Source of the DNA: Bacilli bacterium
GTDB taxonomy: Bacteria; Bacillota_I; Bacilli_A; RFN20; CAG-826
Direction: 5' to 3'
DNA: 56,899 nt
Assembly: GCA_016302065.1 (NCBI GenBank)
Contig: JAEDOI010000003.1
Coordinates: 1-56,899, forward strand
Positions 1-9,651 of this stretch are shown in pieces. Under the pieces are notes generated by a model. The model was not told where the DNA came from. It saw nothing but the letters and a program-made list of their open reading frames with translations, and did no database searches. The position numbers were made by a program, and so were the translations under genes. The stretch's first letter is position 1. Each line of letters opens with the position of its first letter.

Positions 1-24
1 GTTCGACTCCTTGTTTCCCCGCCA
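1..24 (+). tRNA. 3' fragment of a tRNA (T-loop, 3' acceptor strand, discriminator G, encoded CCA); identity cannot be determined
   Basis: GTTCGACTCC T-loop motif, then TTTCCCC acceptor strand, G, CCA at the window edge. A hairpin plus T-tract follows. Confidence 0.6.
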
Positions 25-38
25 AAAATTGATGATAT

Positions 39-86
39 GTCTGATACAAACTTAGGTTATCTAAAGTTATGTTCAGACTTTTTTAT
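39..86 (+). terminator. Rho-independent terminator after the tRNA
   Basis: GTCTGA(39-44)/TCAGAC(73-78) outer stem with an inner AACTT/AAGTT stem, followed by a T7 run. Confidence 0.5.
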
Positions 87-300
87 TTTATTTATTAACT
101 TATTTGCTATTTTAAAATAGTTTAGTGTATGCAAAATTTAAGTATTATATGTTCTAATTTTTAGCAAGAAGATAATTTTAGTTGTTAATTTGAAAAGTGT
201 TTCATTGGCAAAAGTTTATAATGTATGAATAATGATAACTATACCTGCTAGTAAAAAAACATCTAAATTATTATTATTTGCATACATTTTTAAAATAAAA

Positions 301-1491
301 TTATTTATCGTGATGTATAAAATTTAAAACATTAATTGAATTAATTAATGAAATATTTTTTAAATTATCATCTAAATTGTAATTGATGATTTCTTTAATC
401 TTATCAATTCGATAAATGATTGTGTTTCTATGTAAAAATAGTTGTTTTCCAGCTTCATTTATGCTTTTTTGATTTACTAAATAAAAATATAATGTTTCAA
501 TGTATTTGGTTTTATTTTCTTTATCATAGTTGTATAAAATTAAAATTTCTTCGTTAACATAATTAATTAGGATATCTTTATCTGGAGTATTAATTAAATA
601 TAAAATATTTTTAAAATCCTCTTCATTGTAAAGTTTATATTCAATTTTACCATTATCTATAAAATTTAGAATTTTTGTTAATATGTTATAAATAACATTT
701 AATTTATATAAATCTATAATTTTGGAACTATAAATGCCAAATAAATGATATTTTGCAAAAAGATTATTAAATTCAATAAATAAATTTTGATTTATTTCTT
801 TATCAAATAATAAATATAAATAGTTATCTTTTGTTGTTAAAATTGCGTTTTTATTAATAATTTCATAAAGATCATTATAAAATTTACTATCTTTATTTTT
901 TCCTAATGTAAAATATTTTAAAGAGATAAGTATCGAAGTATGTGCTTTTAAATAATCAATTTTTGTTTTTTTCAAATTTTGTAAAAATAAATTGCGATTT
1001 GTATATGTGTCGCTAATAAGATCGAATAAAAATATTTGACTATCCATCGTATTTTGATGAGGCCTTAATATGAATAATTCTCTAGCAATTAATTTAGAGA
1101 TAGTATAAACAAAATTTAGATCAATATTATCTAAATTAGTATCTTGTTCTAATATCGCCATGTATCCTAATTTAATATTATTATAACTTAAGGGAAACAT
1201 AATTCTTCGGTTGTTATTAACTTTTACAATACTATATGGCTTTTCATTATCTAGTTGTTTAGTAACTTGAGAAATAAATTCTAAAGACCAATAACCTCTA
1301 CTTATAGCACAATTAAATGTTTCATCTATTGTTAATAATTGTGGAAAATAACTAATTAAATAGTAGTTAATATCTGTTAAAGCTATTGGATTCTTAATAA
1401 ATGGATATATATTTTTTATTAAATCATCTATAGAATCGCTACAAGATAATATTTCAAGGAGTTTATTAATATCGTTTTCTTTTGTGCTCAT
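301..1491 (-). CDS. PucR/CdaR-family transcriptional regulator
   Basis: 396-aa ORF. The C-terminal segment LFLHRNTIIYRIDKIKEI matches the PucR-type HTH. Divergent from the permease-alsD operon. Confidence 0.7.
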   Translation of the reverse strand: MSTKENDINKLLEILSCSDSIDDLIKNIYPFIKNPIALTDINYYLISYFPQLLTIDETFNCAISRGYWSLEFISQVTKQLDNEKPYSIVKVNNNRRIMFPLSYNNIKLGYMAILEQDTNLDNIDLNFVYTISKLIARELFILRPHQNTMDSQIFLFDLISDTYTNRNLFLQNLKKTKIDYLKAHTSILISLKYFTLGKNKDSKFYNDLYEIINKNAILTTKDNYLYLLFDKEINQNLFIEFNNLFAKYHLFGIYSSKIIDLYKLNVIYNILTKILNFIDNGKIEYKLYNEEDFKNILYLINTPDKDILINYVNEEILILYNYDKENKTKYIETLYFYLVNQKSINEAGKQLFLHRNTIIYRIDKIKEIINYNLDDNLKNISLINSINVLNFIHHDK

Positions 1492-1586
1492 AGCATAAAT
1501 TATACACTATTTTTTGTTTTAGATAACTATTTAACTTATAAAAAATAAGTTTATCATTTATAGCGTTAATGAAAAGGGGTGTTAAT

Positions 1587-2708
1587 ATGGAAAAAGAAAA
1601 GAAGAAATTTAAGGGAATCGGAATATGGAATTTTTTAAATAAATTTCCAGCTGGAACTATGCTAGTTCCTTTAGTAATCAGTGCTATTATTTCTACAATT
1701 TGTATTCATTGTGGTTTAAATGAAAGTTTGTGGGAATATTTAGGTAATCCTATGAAGGATTTGTTTGGTAAATCAGGTCAAATGCTTATTATAGGATTAA
1801 TGTTATTTTGTACTGGAACTATGATTAAACCACGTGATTTTGTTGAAGTAGGAAAAAGAGGTATTTGGATTATTTTAGCAAGATTATTACCAGCTTATAT
1901 TATTTCAGCAATTGTTTTTATTTTTTGCGGTTTAGAAGGTTTTTGTGGAATTAATAGTGTTGTTTTAGCAGCTATTTTAACTAGTGCTAATGCTGCTTTA
2001 TATATGGGAATTATTCCTCCATATGCTGATAATAGTGATAGAGCAACTTTCCCAATTATGTTAATTTTATCAATGCCATTATTACCTTTCATCTTTATAT
2101 CATGCTTTGGTCAAGGTGAAGGTGATACTTTAGCTAAAGTAATGCAAATCGTATCTTTATTATTACCATTTTTGCTTGGTATGTTATTAGGCAACTTAGA
2201 TCCAAAAATTAGAGAGATATTTAAAGGTGGAAATACCATTGTGCTTCCATTCTTAGGTTTTCAATTTGGATCACAAATTGATTTTGTTACAGCCTTTAAT
2301 GGAAGTGCTATTTTAGCAGCATTACTTGTAACTATTATTTATTGGGCTGTTACTATAATTATTCCATTTGTTGTTGATAGATATGCATTAAGAAGACCTG
2401 GATATGCTTCAATTGGATCATCATCACTTGCAGGTGTTGCTTTAAGTATTCCTGCTATGTTCAGTGGATTTAGTTTTGGTGGAGTAATCTTTAACGAAGC
2501 TATGATCTCACAATCAGTTGCAATTTTAGCTTTCGTTTTATTAATTACTAACGTACTTGACCCATTTTTTGTAAAAGGCAACATGACATTTTACTTTAAA
2601 CATCATCATGATGATGCAGTAAGAGTATTTAAAGATACACATCCAGAACTTCTTGAAAGTGTCTATGATGAAAATGGAAATTATAGAAGAAAAGTAAAAA
2701 GTAAATAA
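1587..2708 (+). CDS. KdgT-family (2-keto-3-deoxygluconate-type) permease
   Basis: Polytopic membrane ORF. FPAGTMLVPLVI and LLPFLLGMLLGNLDPKIREIF...VLPFLGFQFGSQI resemble B. subtilis KdgT. The ORF opens at 1569, but the ATG at 1587 follows an AAAAGGGG SD. Confidence 0.7.
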   Translation: MEKEKKKFKGIGIWNFLNKFPAGTMLVPLVISAIISTICIHCGLNESLWEYLGNPMKDLFGKSGQMLIIGLMLFCTGTMIKPRDFVEVGKRGIWIILARLLPAYIISAIVFIFCGLEGFCGINSVVLAAILTSANAALYMGIIPPYADNSDRATFPIMLILSMPLLPFIFISCFGQGEGDTLAKVMQIVSLLLPFLLGMLLGNLDPKIREIFKGGNTIVLPFLGFQFGSQIDFVTAFNGSAILAALLVTIIYWAVTIIIPFVVDRYALRRPGYASIGSSSLAGVALSIPAMFSGFSFGGVIFNEAMISQSVAILAFVLLITNVLDPFFVKGNMTFYFKHHHDDAVRVFKDTHPELLESVYDENGNYRRKVKSK

Positions 2709-2730
2709 ATTTATAGAAGGAGAATATATT

Positions 2731-3447
2731 ATGAATACTAGAAAATTATATCAAATTTCAACACTTAACGCTTTAATGTTAGGTGATTACAAAGGAGCCG
2801 TAAAAGTTGGTGATTTATTAAAAGTCGCTAATATTGGAATTGGTACCTATGACGGATTAAATGGAGAAGCTATTTTCTTTAATGGTAATGCTTATGATGG
2901 ATTAGCAACAGGTGAAGTTAAAGAGATGAGCAAAGATGATTCTTTACCATTTGCTACAGTTGCTAAATTTGATGAAAATGTTAAAGAAAATATTATTTCA
3001 TTTAATTCAATGAATGATTTTAAAGAAAAAATGGAACAATTTATTGAAGGCAACAAAAATTACTTCTACATGATTAAAATTGAAGGAAAATTTAATGTAA
3101 GAGTAAGAAGCTGTTTTAAACAAGAAGAACCATACAAACCACTTTATACTGTAGCTAAAGATCAAAGAGAATTTGAATATAAAGATGAAGAAGGTTATGT
3201 TATTGGAATTTATTCACCAAATTATGTTGAAGGAATTAATATGCCAGGATGGCACATACATTTTCTAAATAAAGCTTTAACTCATGGAGGACATATTCTT
3301 GAAGTGAGTTCAAGTGAAGCAAAAATGAAAATTAATTTACTTGATGAATGGGATGTAATTATGCCACATAATAAAGAGTTTGCAAGTTGGAATTTAACTC
3401 AAGATTTAAAGAGTAAAACTGCTGCTGTTGAAGGAAGCCATAAGTAA
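2731..3447 (+). CDS. alsD: alpha-acetolactate decarboxylase
   Basis: LYQISTLNALMLGDYKG...IGIGTYDGLNGEAIFFNGNAY is the AlsD/BudA N-terminal signature. GAAGGAG SD upstream. Confidence 0.9.
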   Translation: MNTRKLYQISTLNALMLGDYKGAVKVGDLLKVANIGIGTYDGLNGEAIFFNGNAYDGLATGEVKEMSKDDSLPFATVAKFDENVKENIISFNSMNDFKEKMEQFIEGNKNYFYMIKIEGKFNVRVRSCFKQEEPYKPLYTVAKDQREFEYKDEEGYVIGIYSPNYVEGINMPGWHIHFLNKALTHGGHILEVSSSEAKMKINLLDEWDVIMPHNKEFASWNLTQDLKSKTAAVEGSHK

Positions 3448-3484
3448 TCTTTGTAGTTTTAATCTAATAATCAATAAATAAATA

Positions 3485-3529
3485 AAAAAGTCTGATGAAA
3501 TATATATATCAAATCAGACTTTTTATTTT
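3485..3529 (+). terminator. Rho-independent terminator of the permease-alsD operon
   Basis: 12-bp stem AAAAAGTCTGAT/ATCAGACTTTTT followed by a T-tract. Confidence 0.8.
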
Positions 3530-3723
3530 GATATTTAAAAAAAGAAATTTAATATTAATGAATGAAATAATATTTTAAAATTTCTTTAGTTATTTTCATA
3601 AAATTATAAATCTCAAAAAATTGAAACAATAACTATTGTTGAAATAGAAATATAAACGTGGTTCTTTTCGTTCTTTAATTTTAAAGTTTTATACATTCTT
3701 TAAATATATTAAAATATATTTAT

Positions 3724-4584
3724 ATGAAAAAATTATTTAAAACTTTAATAATTTGTGGATCTATTATTGGTGTAATAGGTGTTTGCGTTTTATCCTCACA
3801 CTTAGTTTTAAAATATAAATATAATATTGATTCTATTGAAGTAATTAATGGCTTAAATAATATTAATAAGAAAGTTGATGAAGATAAAGCTTGTAGCAAT
3901 AAATTTAATGAAGAAGATAAAGAAAAAGCGATTGAAATAATAAATGCTTCTACCAATGATTTTATTCAAAATGATAAAGATAATATAGTTTTAGATTACG
4001 ATAGATTAGTTAATGAAATGCAAACTGTAATTGAGCTAAATGATCGTGAAGTTGGTGCTATTTGTTCTACATATTTAGATAATTTGAAAAATAATAAATT
4101 CGAAGTGGGCGGATTCACATTTGATGTACAATTACTTGAACTAACTTTTAATGATTTAAAAGAAAAATCATGTGATTTAGCAACTGTTTTTAAAATTAGT
4201 GTTTCTTCTTTTAAAGAACAAATGAATGAATTTCCACTTAATATTGCAAAAGATATGGTTCCTAATGATATATATTTATTTTCTACAGTTACAGTAAATA
4301 AAGGTGATAGTGCTTTTGAATATTCTTTATCTTCAACTTCTTTTAAAATGAATACTTGTACGATAAAACAGACATCTTCACTATTTGAAATTGTAGATTT
4401 AGTATTTGATATTGGAAATAGCAGTCAAATTAACCTTCTTATAGGTTCAACAATTGTTGATGGTCTAATTGGAACTGAAACAAATAAGGGACTAGCATAT
4501 AATATGAAAATTGTTGGAGCTAGTGATTATAATTTTGTTGAAAAAAATGATGAAATTTTATTTAGAATTGAAAGGGATATATGA
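3724..4584 (+). CDS. hypothetical membrane-anchored protein
   Basis: 286-aa ORF with an N-terminal TM/signal anchor (LIICGSIIGVIGVCVL). ATGA overlap with the next gene. No SD upstream. Confidence 0.6.
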   Translation: MKKLFKTLIICGSIIGVIGVCVLSSHLVLKYKYNIDSIEVINGLNNINKKVDEDKACSNKFNEEDKEKAIEIINASTNDFIQNDKDNIVLDYDRLVNEMQTVIELNDREVGAICSTYLDNLKNNKFEVGGFTFDVQLLELTFNDLKEKSCDLATVFKISVSSFKEQMNEFPLNIAKDMVPNDIYLFSTVTVNKGDSAFEYSLSSTSFKMNTCTIKQTSSLFEIVDLVFDIGNSSQINLLIGSTIVDGLIGTETNKGLAYNMKIVGASDYNFVEKNDEILFRIERDI

Positions 4585-5414
4585 AAGAATTTATTTTAAG
4601 TAATGGAAGAAAGATTCCAAGTGTTGGGTTAGGGACGTTTAAATTAACAAATGAAGAGGCATATAATAGTGTTTTATATGCTTTAGAGGCTGGATATAGA
4701 TTAATTGATACAGCTAATATTTATAAAGATGAAGAAGGTGTTGGAAGAGCAATTGCACATTCTAATATCGATAGAAAAGATATTTATTTAGAAACAAAGA
4801 TATGGCCTACATCGTTTCTTGATAAGGAAGTAATACATAAAACTTTAAAAAGACTAGGGGTAACATATCTTGATTTAGTTTTACTTCATCAACCATGTGG
4901 AAATTATATTGAAGGTTATAAATTACTTGAGAAAGCATATAAAAATCAAGAAATTAGAGCAATCGGATTATCAAATTTTAATATTGAAGAAATTAAACAA
5001 ATTCTTTCAATTTGTAGTGTTAAACCTGTTCTGCTTCAAGTTGAAAATCATCCATTTTGTCAAAACAAAGAATTAAAAGAATTTTGTGAGAAAAATGGAA
5101 TTATTCTTCAATCCTGGTTTCCATTTGGTGGGAAGGGAAATAATGCTGTTTTAGAAAATGAGGTGATTAATAAAATTGCAAAAAAATATAATAAAAATGC
5201 TTCACAAATTGTTTTAAGATGGAATATTGAAAATGGTTATATTCCAGTTCCTGGATCAAGAAGCAAGGAACATATAATAGAGAATTTTGATATTTTTAAT
5301 TTTTCTTTATCTAAAGAAGATTTAAAAGAATTAGATAATCTAAATAAAGAAGAACCATTTCATAAACGAAGTGAGGAAGCATTTAAAAGATATTTAACAA
5401 TGAAGGTGGATTAA
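4581..5414 (+). CDS. aldo/keto reductase (2,5-diketo-D-gluconate reductase-like)
   Basis: IPSVGLGTFKL, RLIDTANIYKDEEGVG, LVLLHQP and GLSNF are typical AKR motifs. Confidence 0.85.
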   Translation: MKEFILSNGRKIPSVGLGTFKLTNEEAYNSVLYALEAGYRLIDTANIYKDEEGVGRAIAHSNIDRKDIYLETKIWPTSFLDKEVIHKTLKRLGVTYLDLVLLHQPCGNYIEGYKLLEKAYKNQEIRAIGLSNFNIEEIKQILSICSVKPVLLQVENHPFCQNKELKEFCEKNGIILQSWFPFGGKGNNAVLENEVINKIAKKYNKNASQIVLRWNIENGYIPVPGSRSKEHIIENFDIFNFSLSKEDLKELDNLNKEEPFHKRSEEAFKRYLTMKVD

Positions 5415-5419
5415 TAAAT

Positions 5420-6409
5420 ATGTATAGTGTTAAGAATTTTAAAAAAGATGTAGATTTAATTGAAATTTATAATGGGCTTAACTTAAAAGCCACATTATGT
5501 AATTTTGGAGCTGGAATGTATAGTCTTTATTTCAATGAAGATCCTATGATTCTTGAGTTAGATACTGTTGAAAATTATATGCATTCTAGAGGTTATTTTA
5601 ATAAAACTTTAGGATCTGTTGCTGGAAGAATCCCTTGTATTGGTTCAATAAATAATAAACCTTACAATCTAGATCCAGTTGAAGAAGGAAAAGATTTTGA
5701 CCTTCATGGTGGAGGAATTAAGTCATTATCTTTTAAGCCTTGGAAATATGAAATTAAAGAAAATGATAAGGAAATACGTGTAATTTTTAAAATCAAGACT
5801 AAGAATTTAGAAAATGGTTTTATTGGAAGAGCATCGATTAAAGTTATTTATGTTTTCTCAAAAATTAAAAATGATTTTAAGATTTTATTCAAAGCAAAAG
5901 CTCTTGATGATACTTTATTAAATTTAAGCAATCATATTTATTGGTCATTTGCTCGAGATTTATCATTAGAACAATATAAATTAAAATTTAACGCTGATAG
6001 AGTAGCTTTAATGAGAGATGATTTATTATTTTTTGGAGTAGATGATGTTCCAAATTATATTGATTTTAGAAATGCTAGAAAAATTAAAGGAAGTAATGAT
6101 TTTATAAGAAAAAATGTTAGTGTTGGAACAATTGATAATACATTCCTTTTTGATTCAAAAATTGGAAAAGCAATATTAAAAAGTGATAAATATGAATTAA
6201 AGATGAAAACAAATTATCCAGCTATGAATATATATTTAGATAATTCATTAAGTGATGCAAAATTTAATAATAGAAGTGATTATGGATTGATGAGAGGTAT
6301 TGCTTTAGAGCCTCAATTATTTGTTTTAGATCATAATCAAATTACTTTTTATAAAGGTGATATTTATGATTATAAAATTGAATATTCATTAAAATTATTG
6401 GAGAAATAA
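5420..6409 (+). CDS. galM: aldose 1-epimerase (galactose mutarotase family)
   Basis: 329 aa. FDLHGGGIKSLSFKPW and ALEPQ motifs. Sits next to galK. Confidence 0.75.
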   Translation: MYSVKNFKKDVDLIEIYNGLNLKATLCNFGAGMYSLYFNEDPMILELDTVENYMHSRGYFNKTLGSVAGRIPCIGSINNKPYNLDPVEEGKDFDLHGGGIKSLSFKPWKYEIKENDKEIRVIFKIKTKNLENGFIGRASIKVIYVFSKIKNDFKILFKAKALDDTLLNLSNHIYWSFARDLSLEQYKLKFNADRVALMRDDLLFFGVDDVPNYIDFRNARKIKGSNDFIRKNVSVGTIDNTFLFDSKIGKAILKSDKYELKMKTNYPAMNIYLDNSLSDAKFNNRSDYGLMRGIALEPQLFVLDHNQITFYKGDIYDYKIEYSLKLLEK

Positions 6410-6410
6410 T

Positions 6411-7571
6411 ATGAAGAATTTAATTAAAGAGTATGAAGAAATATTTTTAGAAAGCCCAAAATACTATCTTGATACTGGTGGAAGATTTGAAATTATTGGA
6501 AATCACACTGATCACAATCATGGGCTATGTATTGTCGCAAATTGTTCATTAAGAATTAAAGCTGTATTAGATAAAGATGATGAAATAGTTGATATTAAAT
6601 CAAAAGGTTATGATAGATTTAGTTTTTCCTTATCTTCTTTATCAAATTATAATGATTACGAAAATAAAACTAAGGCACTTGTAGCTGGAATTTTAATTAA
6701 GTTAAAAGAATTGGGTTATAAAATTGGTGGTTTTAAGGCTTATATTGAAAGCGACATCCCTGATGGAAGTGGGGTTTCTTCGAGTGCGGCAGTAGAATCT
6801 TTAATTGGATATATTATTTCTTATCTTTATAATAATAAATCAATTCCTGAATTGGTCATCGCTAAAGTTGGTCAATTTAGTGAAAATCATTATTTTAAGA
6901 AGCCATGTGGATTATTAGATCAAATTGGTACTTCTTTTTCAAATTGTAATTACATTGACTTTAAAGATATTGATAGTCCAGTTTTAGAAAATTTAGATTT
7001 TAATTTGCCATTAAATTTATACTTAGTTAAATCTATTGGTGATCATTCTTCATTAACTCCTTTATATGCAAAAATACCAGCAAGCATGAAGAAAGTGGCT
7101 TTAATGCTTGATAATAAGGAAGTTCTTAGAGATGTTAATATAGCAAATGATATAAATAAAGCAATTGATGAATTAGATATTTCAGATGATGAAAAACGAA
7201 TTGCTAAACATTTTTATATCGAGTGCAATAATGTATTATGCGCAAAAAAAGCAATAAAAGAAAATGATACACAAAAATTCCTTGAAAGTATCAGAAGATC
7301 TCAATTATCAAGTTTACATAATTTAGAAAATACTTTTGTTAAGGGAGATGAATATATTGATTCTCCTCAAGATATTATTGATAAAATTGAAAAAGAAATA
7401 GGTGATGACGGTGCTGTTAGAATCCATGGTGGTGGTTTTAAAGGCACAGTTTTGGTTTTTGTTAAAGATAATATTAAAGATAAATTTGAAAAATATTTAG
7501 AAGAGCATTATAAAAATAGATATTATAAAGTATTTATCTCAAAACATAGTGTTAATTATATTGAATTTTAA
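6411..7571 (+). CDS. galK: galactokinase-family GHMP kinase
   Basis: GRFEIIGNHTDHNHG (galactokinase signature, variant), PDGSGVSSSAA (GHMP ATP motif) and CGLLDQ. Confidence 0.8.
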   Translation: MKNLIKEYEEIFLESPKYYLDTGGRFEIIGNHTDHNHGLCIVANCSLRIKAVLDKDDEIVDIKSKGYDRFSFSLSSLSNYNDYENKTKALVAGILIKLKELGYKIGGFKAYIESDIPDGSGVSSSAAVESLIGYIISYLYNNKSIPELVIAKVGQFSENHYFKKPCGLLDQIGTSFSNCNYIDFKDIDSPVLENLDFNLPLNLYLVKSIGDHSSLTPLYAKIPASMKKVALMLDNKEVLRDVNIANDINKAIDELDISDDEKRIAKHFYIECNNVLCAKKAIKENDTQKFLESIRRSQLSSLHNLENTFVKGDEYIDSPQDIIDKIEKEIGDDGAVRIHGGGFKGTVLVFVKDNIKDKFEKYLEEHYKNRYYKVFISKHSVNYIEF

Positions 7572-7600
7572 AAGGACTCATTCGAGTCCTTTCTTTTTTA
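7571..7600. terminator. Bidirectional terminator between convergent galK and hpt
   Basis: AAAGGACTC/GAGTCCTTT stem, 4-nt loop, T-tract downstream and A-tract upstream. Confidence 0.8.
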
Positions 7601-8155
7601 TTACTTAGACATTTTATCCCAATATTCAATTTCTTCAACATCAGGAACAAAGATATAGTTGTAATTTCTTGCTAATCCCTTATAATCAAGGCCATATCCA
7701 ATAAGGAATTTATTATCTCTTAAAGTATATCCATAATAATCAACATTAAAATCAACACGTCTTAAAGCTTTTTTATCAACTAGACAAACAACACTAATAG
7801 ATCTTGGTTGGTATTTTATTTGAATATATTGTTTTAAATAATTAATTGTTAAACCAGTATCAACAACATCTTCAATAAGGACTACATCTTTATTTTTAAT
7901 ATCTTCACTTATATCTTTAGAAAGATGAATAACTCCAGTTGAGTTTGTTCCTGAATATGAACTTGCTTGCATGAAATCTATTTTACAAACTCCATGATAA
8001 TATTTTAATAAGTCCATAAAGAATGGAGTTGCACCATTTAATACACCAATAAAAATAGGGGCTGTCTCATTGTTTTTAAATTTTTCTTCTAATTTTCCTG
8101 CAATTTCTTTGCAAATTGTTTGAATGTCTTCAGTGCTTAAAATAATTTCTTTCAT
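7601..8155 (-). CDS. hpt: hypoxanthine phosphoribosyltransferase
   Basis: VVLIEDVVDTGLT PRPP-binding motif. 184 aa. GAGGTGA SD. Confidence 0.9.
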   Translation of the reverse strand: MKEIILSTEDIQTICKEIAGKLEEKFKNNETAPIFIGVLNGATPFFMDLLKYYHGVCKIDFMQASSYSGTNSTGVIHLSKDISEDIKNKDVVLIEDVVDTGLTINYLKQYIQIKYQPRSISVVCLVDKKALRRVDFNVDYYGYTLRDNKFLIGYGLDYKGLARNYNYIFVPDVEEIEYWDKMSK

Positions 8156-8269
8156 ACTTTCACCTCAGTTTAAATTATAAAATAAAGTATTTCATTAAAT
8201 AGTGTATTTTTTAAAAATTAATATACGTTTAATAATTTTTTAATACCTTTTTTATATTAGAAAATTTTA

Positions 8270-8278
8270 TGATACAAT
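8270..8278 (+). promoter_or_regulatory. Extended -10 promoter element (TGATACAAT)
   Basis: TGnTACAAT lies 18 nt upstream of the ATG at 8297, with an AGAGG SD in between. Confidence 0.45.
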
Positions 8279-8296
8279 ACAAAAGAGGTAATTAGT

Positions 8297-8680
8297 ATGT
8301 TTTGTAGGTTTTGTGGTCATGAAGTTCATCCTTCATATAATGTTTGTCCATCTTGTGGACACGCATTAAATGATGTAAATAAGAAACAAGACAATAAAAG
8401 TTCTAATTTTTCTAAAAGCAATTCTACTCCAGTAAGGAGTTCTCGTATGGCTATTGCTGGATTTGTACTAGGACTTATAAGTTATTTTTCATATGGTTTT
8501 TTAGGTATTTTAGGTCTTATTTTTTCAATAATTGGGATGAATCAAACTAAAGATGGAAAATATTCAAAACGTGGTTTTGCTATTGCTGGTGTTGTTTTAA
8601 GTTCGGTTTCGCTTGCTATTTGGATTTTGATTTTTATATTTTATTTTTTTATCTTTTTAACAAGTTATAAGGTGGTATAA
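8297..8680 (+). CDS. zinc-ribbon plus DUF4190-like membrane protein
   Basis: N-terminal CRFCG...CPSCG zinc ribbon. C-terminal two-TM region typical of DUF4190. Confidence 0.6.
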   Translation: MFCRFCGHEVHPSYNVCPSCGHALNDVNKKQDNKSSNFSKSNSTPVRSSRMAIAGFVLGLISYFSYGFLGILGLIFSIIGMNQTKDGKYSKRGFAIAGVVLSSVSLAIWILIFIFYFFIFLTSYKVV

Positions 8681-9501
8681 TGAAACATTTTTTTGCGAAA
8701 TATAAGAAAAAAATATTGCAAATTGGCATTGTTTTTGCAGTTATAATCTGTCTTGCAGTTGCTATTTATTTTATTTTTGATTATTTTAATATTACAGATG
8801 TTGAAACATTAAAAAAAATTATTTCAGATTGTGGAGAATATAAGTATATTGTATTTTTAGTTCTTCAAGTTGTATTGACAGTTTTACTTTGTTTTATTCC
8901 AGCAAGCAATATGTCATTTATTGCTTTAGGTGTATTACTATTTGGTGCGAATTATAAAACTTTCTTACTTTGTTTTAGTGGTGTAATTATTTCAAGTATT
9001 GCGATGGATTTTCTTGGAAGATTTGGCCTAAAAAAAGTATTTGAAAAAATAATTGGAGCTGAAGATTTAGAAAAAGCTGAGAATCTTATTAATAAATATG
9101 GTAAAGGATATATCCCTTTATTTTATTTATTCCCTCTTTTTCCAGATGATGCAATTTGCTGTGTTGTTGGAAGTTTAAAAGTCAATTTTTGGTATCATTT
9201 ATTTTCTATCATTTTATGTAGAGGAGTAGGCGTTGCTACAATTGTTTTTGGTGTTGCCTTAATTCCTGAAGATGTGCAGAATTTTACTTCTACAGATCCA
9301 TGGGAATATATTCAAGTAATAACTGTTGCTGCTTTTTGGGTTATTGTGGCGTTTTATTTAGCAACAAAAGCCAACAAGTTTTTTGAAAAATATAAAGAAA
9401 AAAAGAATATTAATAAAAAAACTATTTCGAATATAAAGGGAAATAGGATTCGCCAAAATCAAAAGAAAAAAGGAAAAATGATTGTAAGAAAAAAGAAATA
9501 G
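8680..9501 (+). CDS. TVP38/TMEM64 (DedA-related) family membrane protein
   Basis: 273-aa polytopic ORF with the layout of a VTT/SNARE-associated domain and a Lys-rich tail. Confidence 0.5.
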   Translation: MKHFFAKYKKKILQIGIVFAVIICLAVAIYFIFDYFNITDVETLKKIISDCGEYKYIVFLVLQVVLTVLLCFIPASNMSFIALGVLLFGANYKTFLLCFSGVIISSIAMDFLGRFGLKKVFEKIIGAEDLEKAENLINKYGKGYIPLFYLFPLFPDDAICCVVGSLKVNFWYHLFSIILCRGVGVATIVFGVALIPEDVQNFTSTDPWEYIQVITVAAFWVIVAFYLATKANKFFEKYKEKKNINKKTISNIKGNRIRQNQKKKGKMIVRKKK

Positions 9502-9651
9502 CATTTCATGACGTTTTAAAAAACACTATGAAATACCATCTCTTTTTAATTTCATAATATTTAATTTATTTAAAATAAATAAATATTTTTTTAAAATATT
9601 TATATTTTTGTGCTTATTTATTATAATAAAATAGTTGAAAGAGGTATCGTT

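Noticed and set aside
1895-2584. Minus-strand ORFs 1895..2092 and 2339..2584
   Set aside because: They lie entirely antisense within the well-supported KdgT-like permease gene. No SD and a low-complexity hydrophobic translation.
3720-3956. 78-aa minus-strand ORF
   Set aside because: Antisense to the 5' end of the 286-aa + strand ORF, which is translationally coupled to the AKR gene. No SD.
4581-4584. Possibility of Mycoplasma-type code 4 (TGA read as Trp), given the AT-richness
   Set aside because: TGA terminates ORFs in ATGA overlaps (4581-4584 and 10877-10880, plus the rex stop at 27662-64). All long ORFs are intact under code 11, with Trp encoded by TGG.
8156-8296. Purine riboswitch upstream of hpt
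   Set aside because: The 141-nt divergent region has none of the conserved purine-aptamer core and is almost GC-free. hpt has a short leader with a GAGGTGA SD.
9579-9603. 11-bp inverted repeat ATAAATATTTT-TTT-AAAATATTTAT upstream of the flavoprotein gene
   Set aside because: It consists only of A and T in a low-complexity AT tract, so a chance palindrome is likely. Not a convincing terminator or operator.
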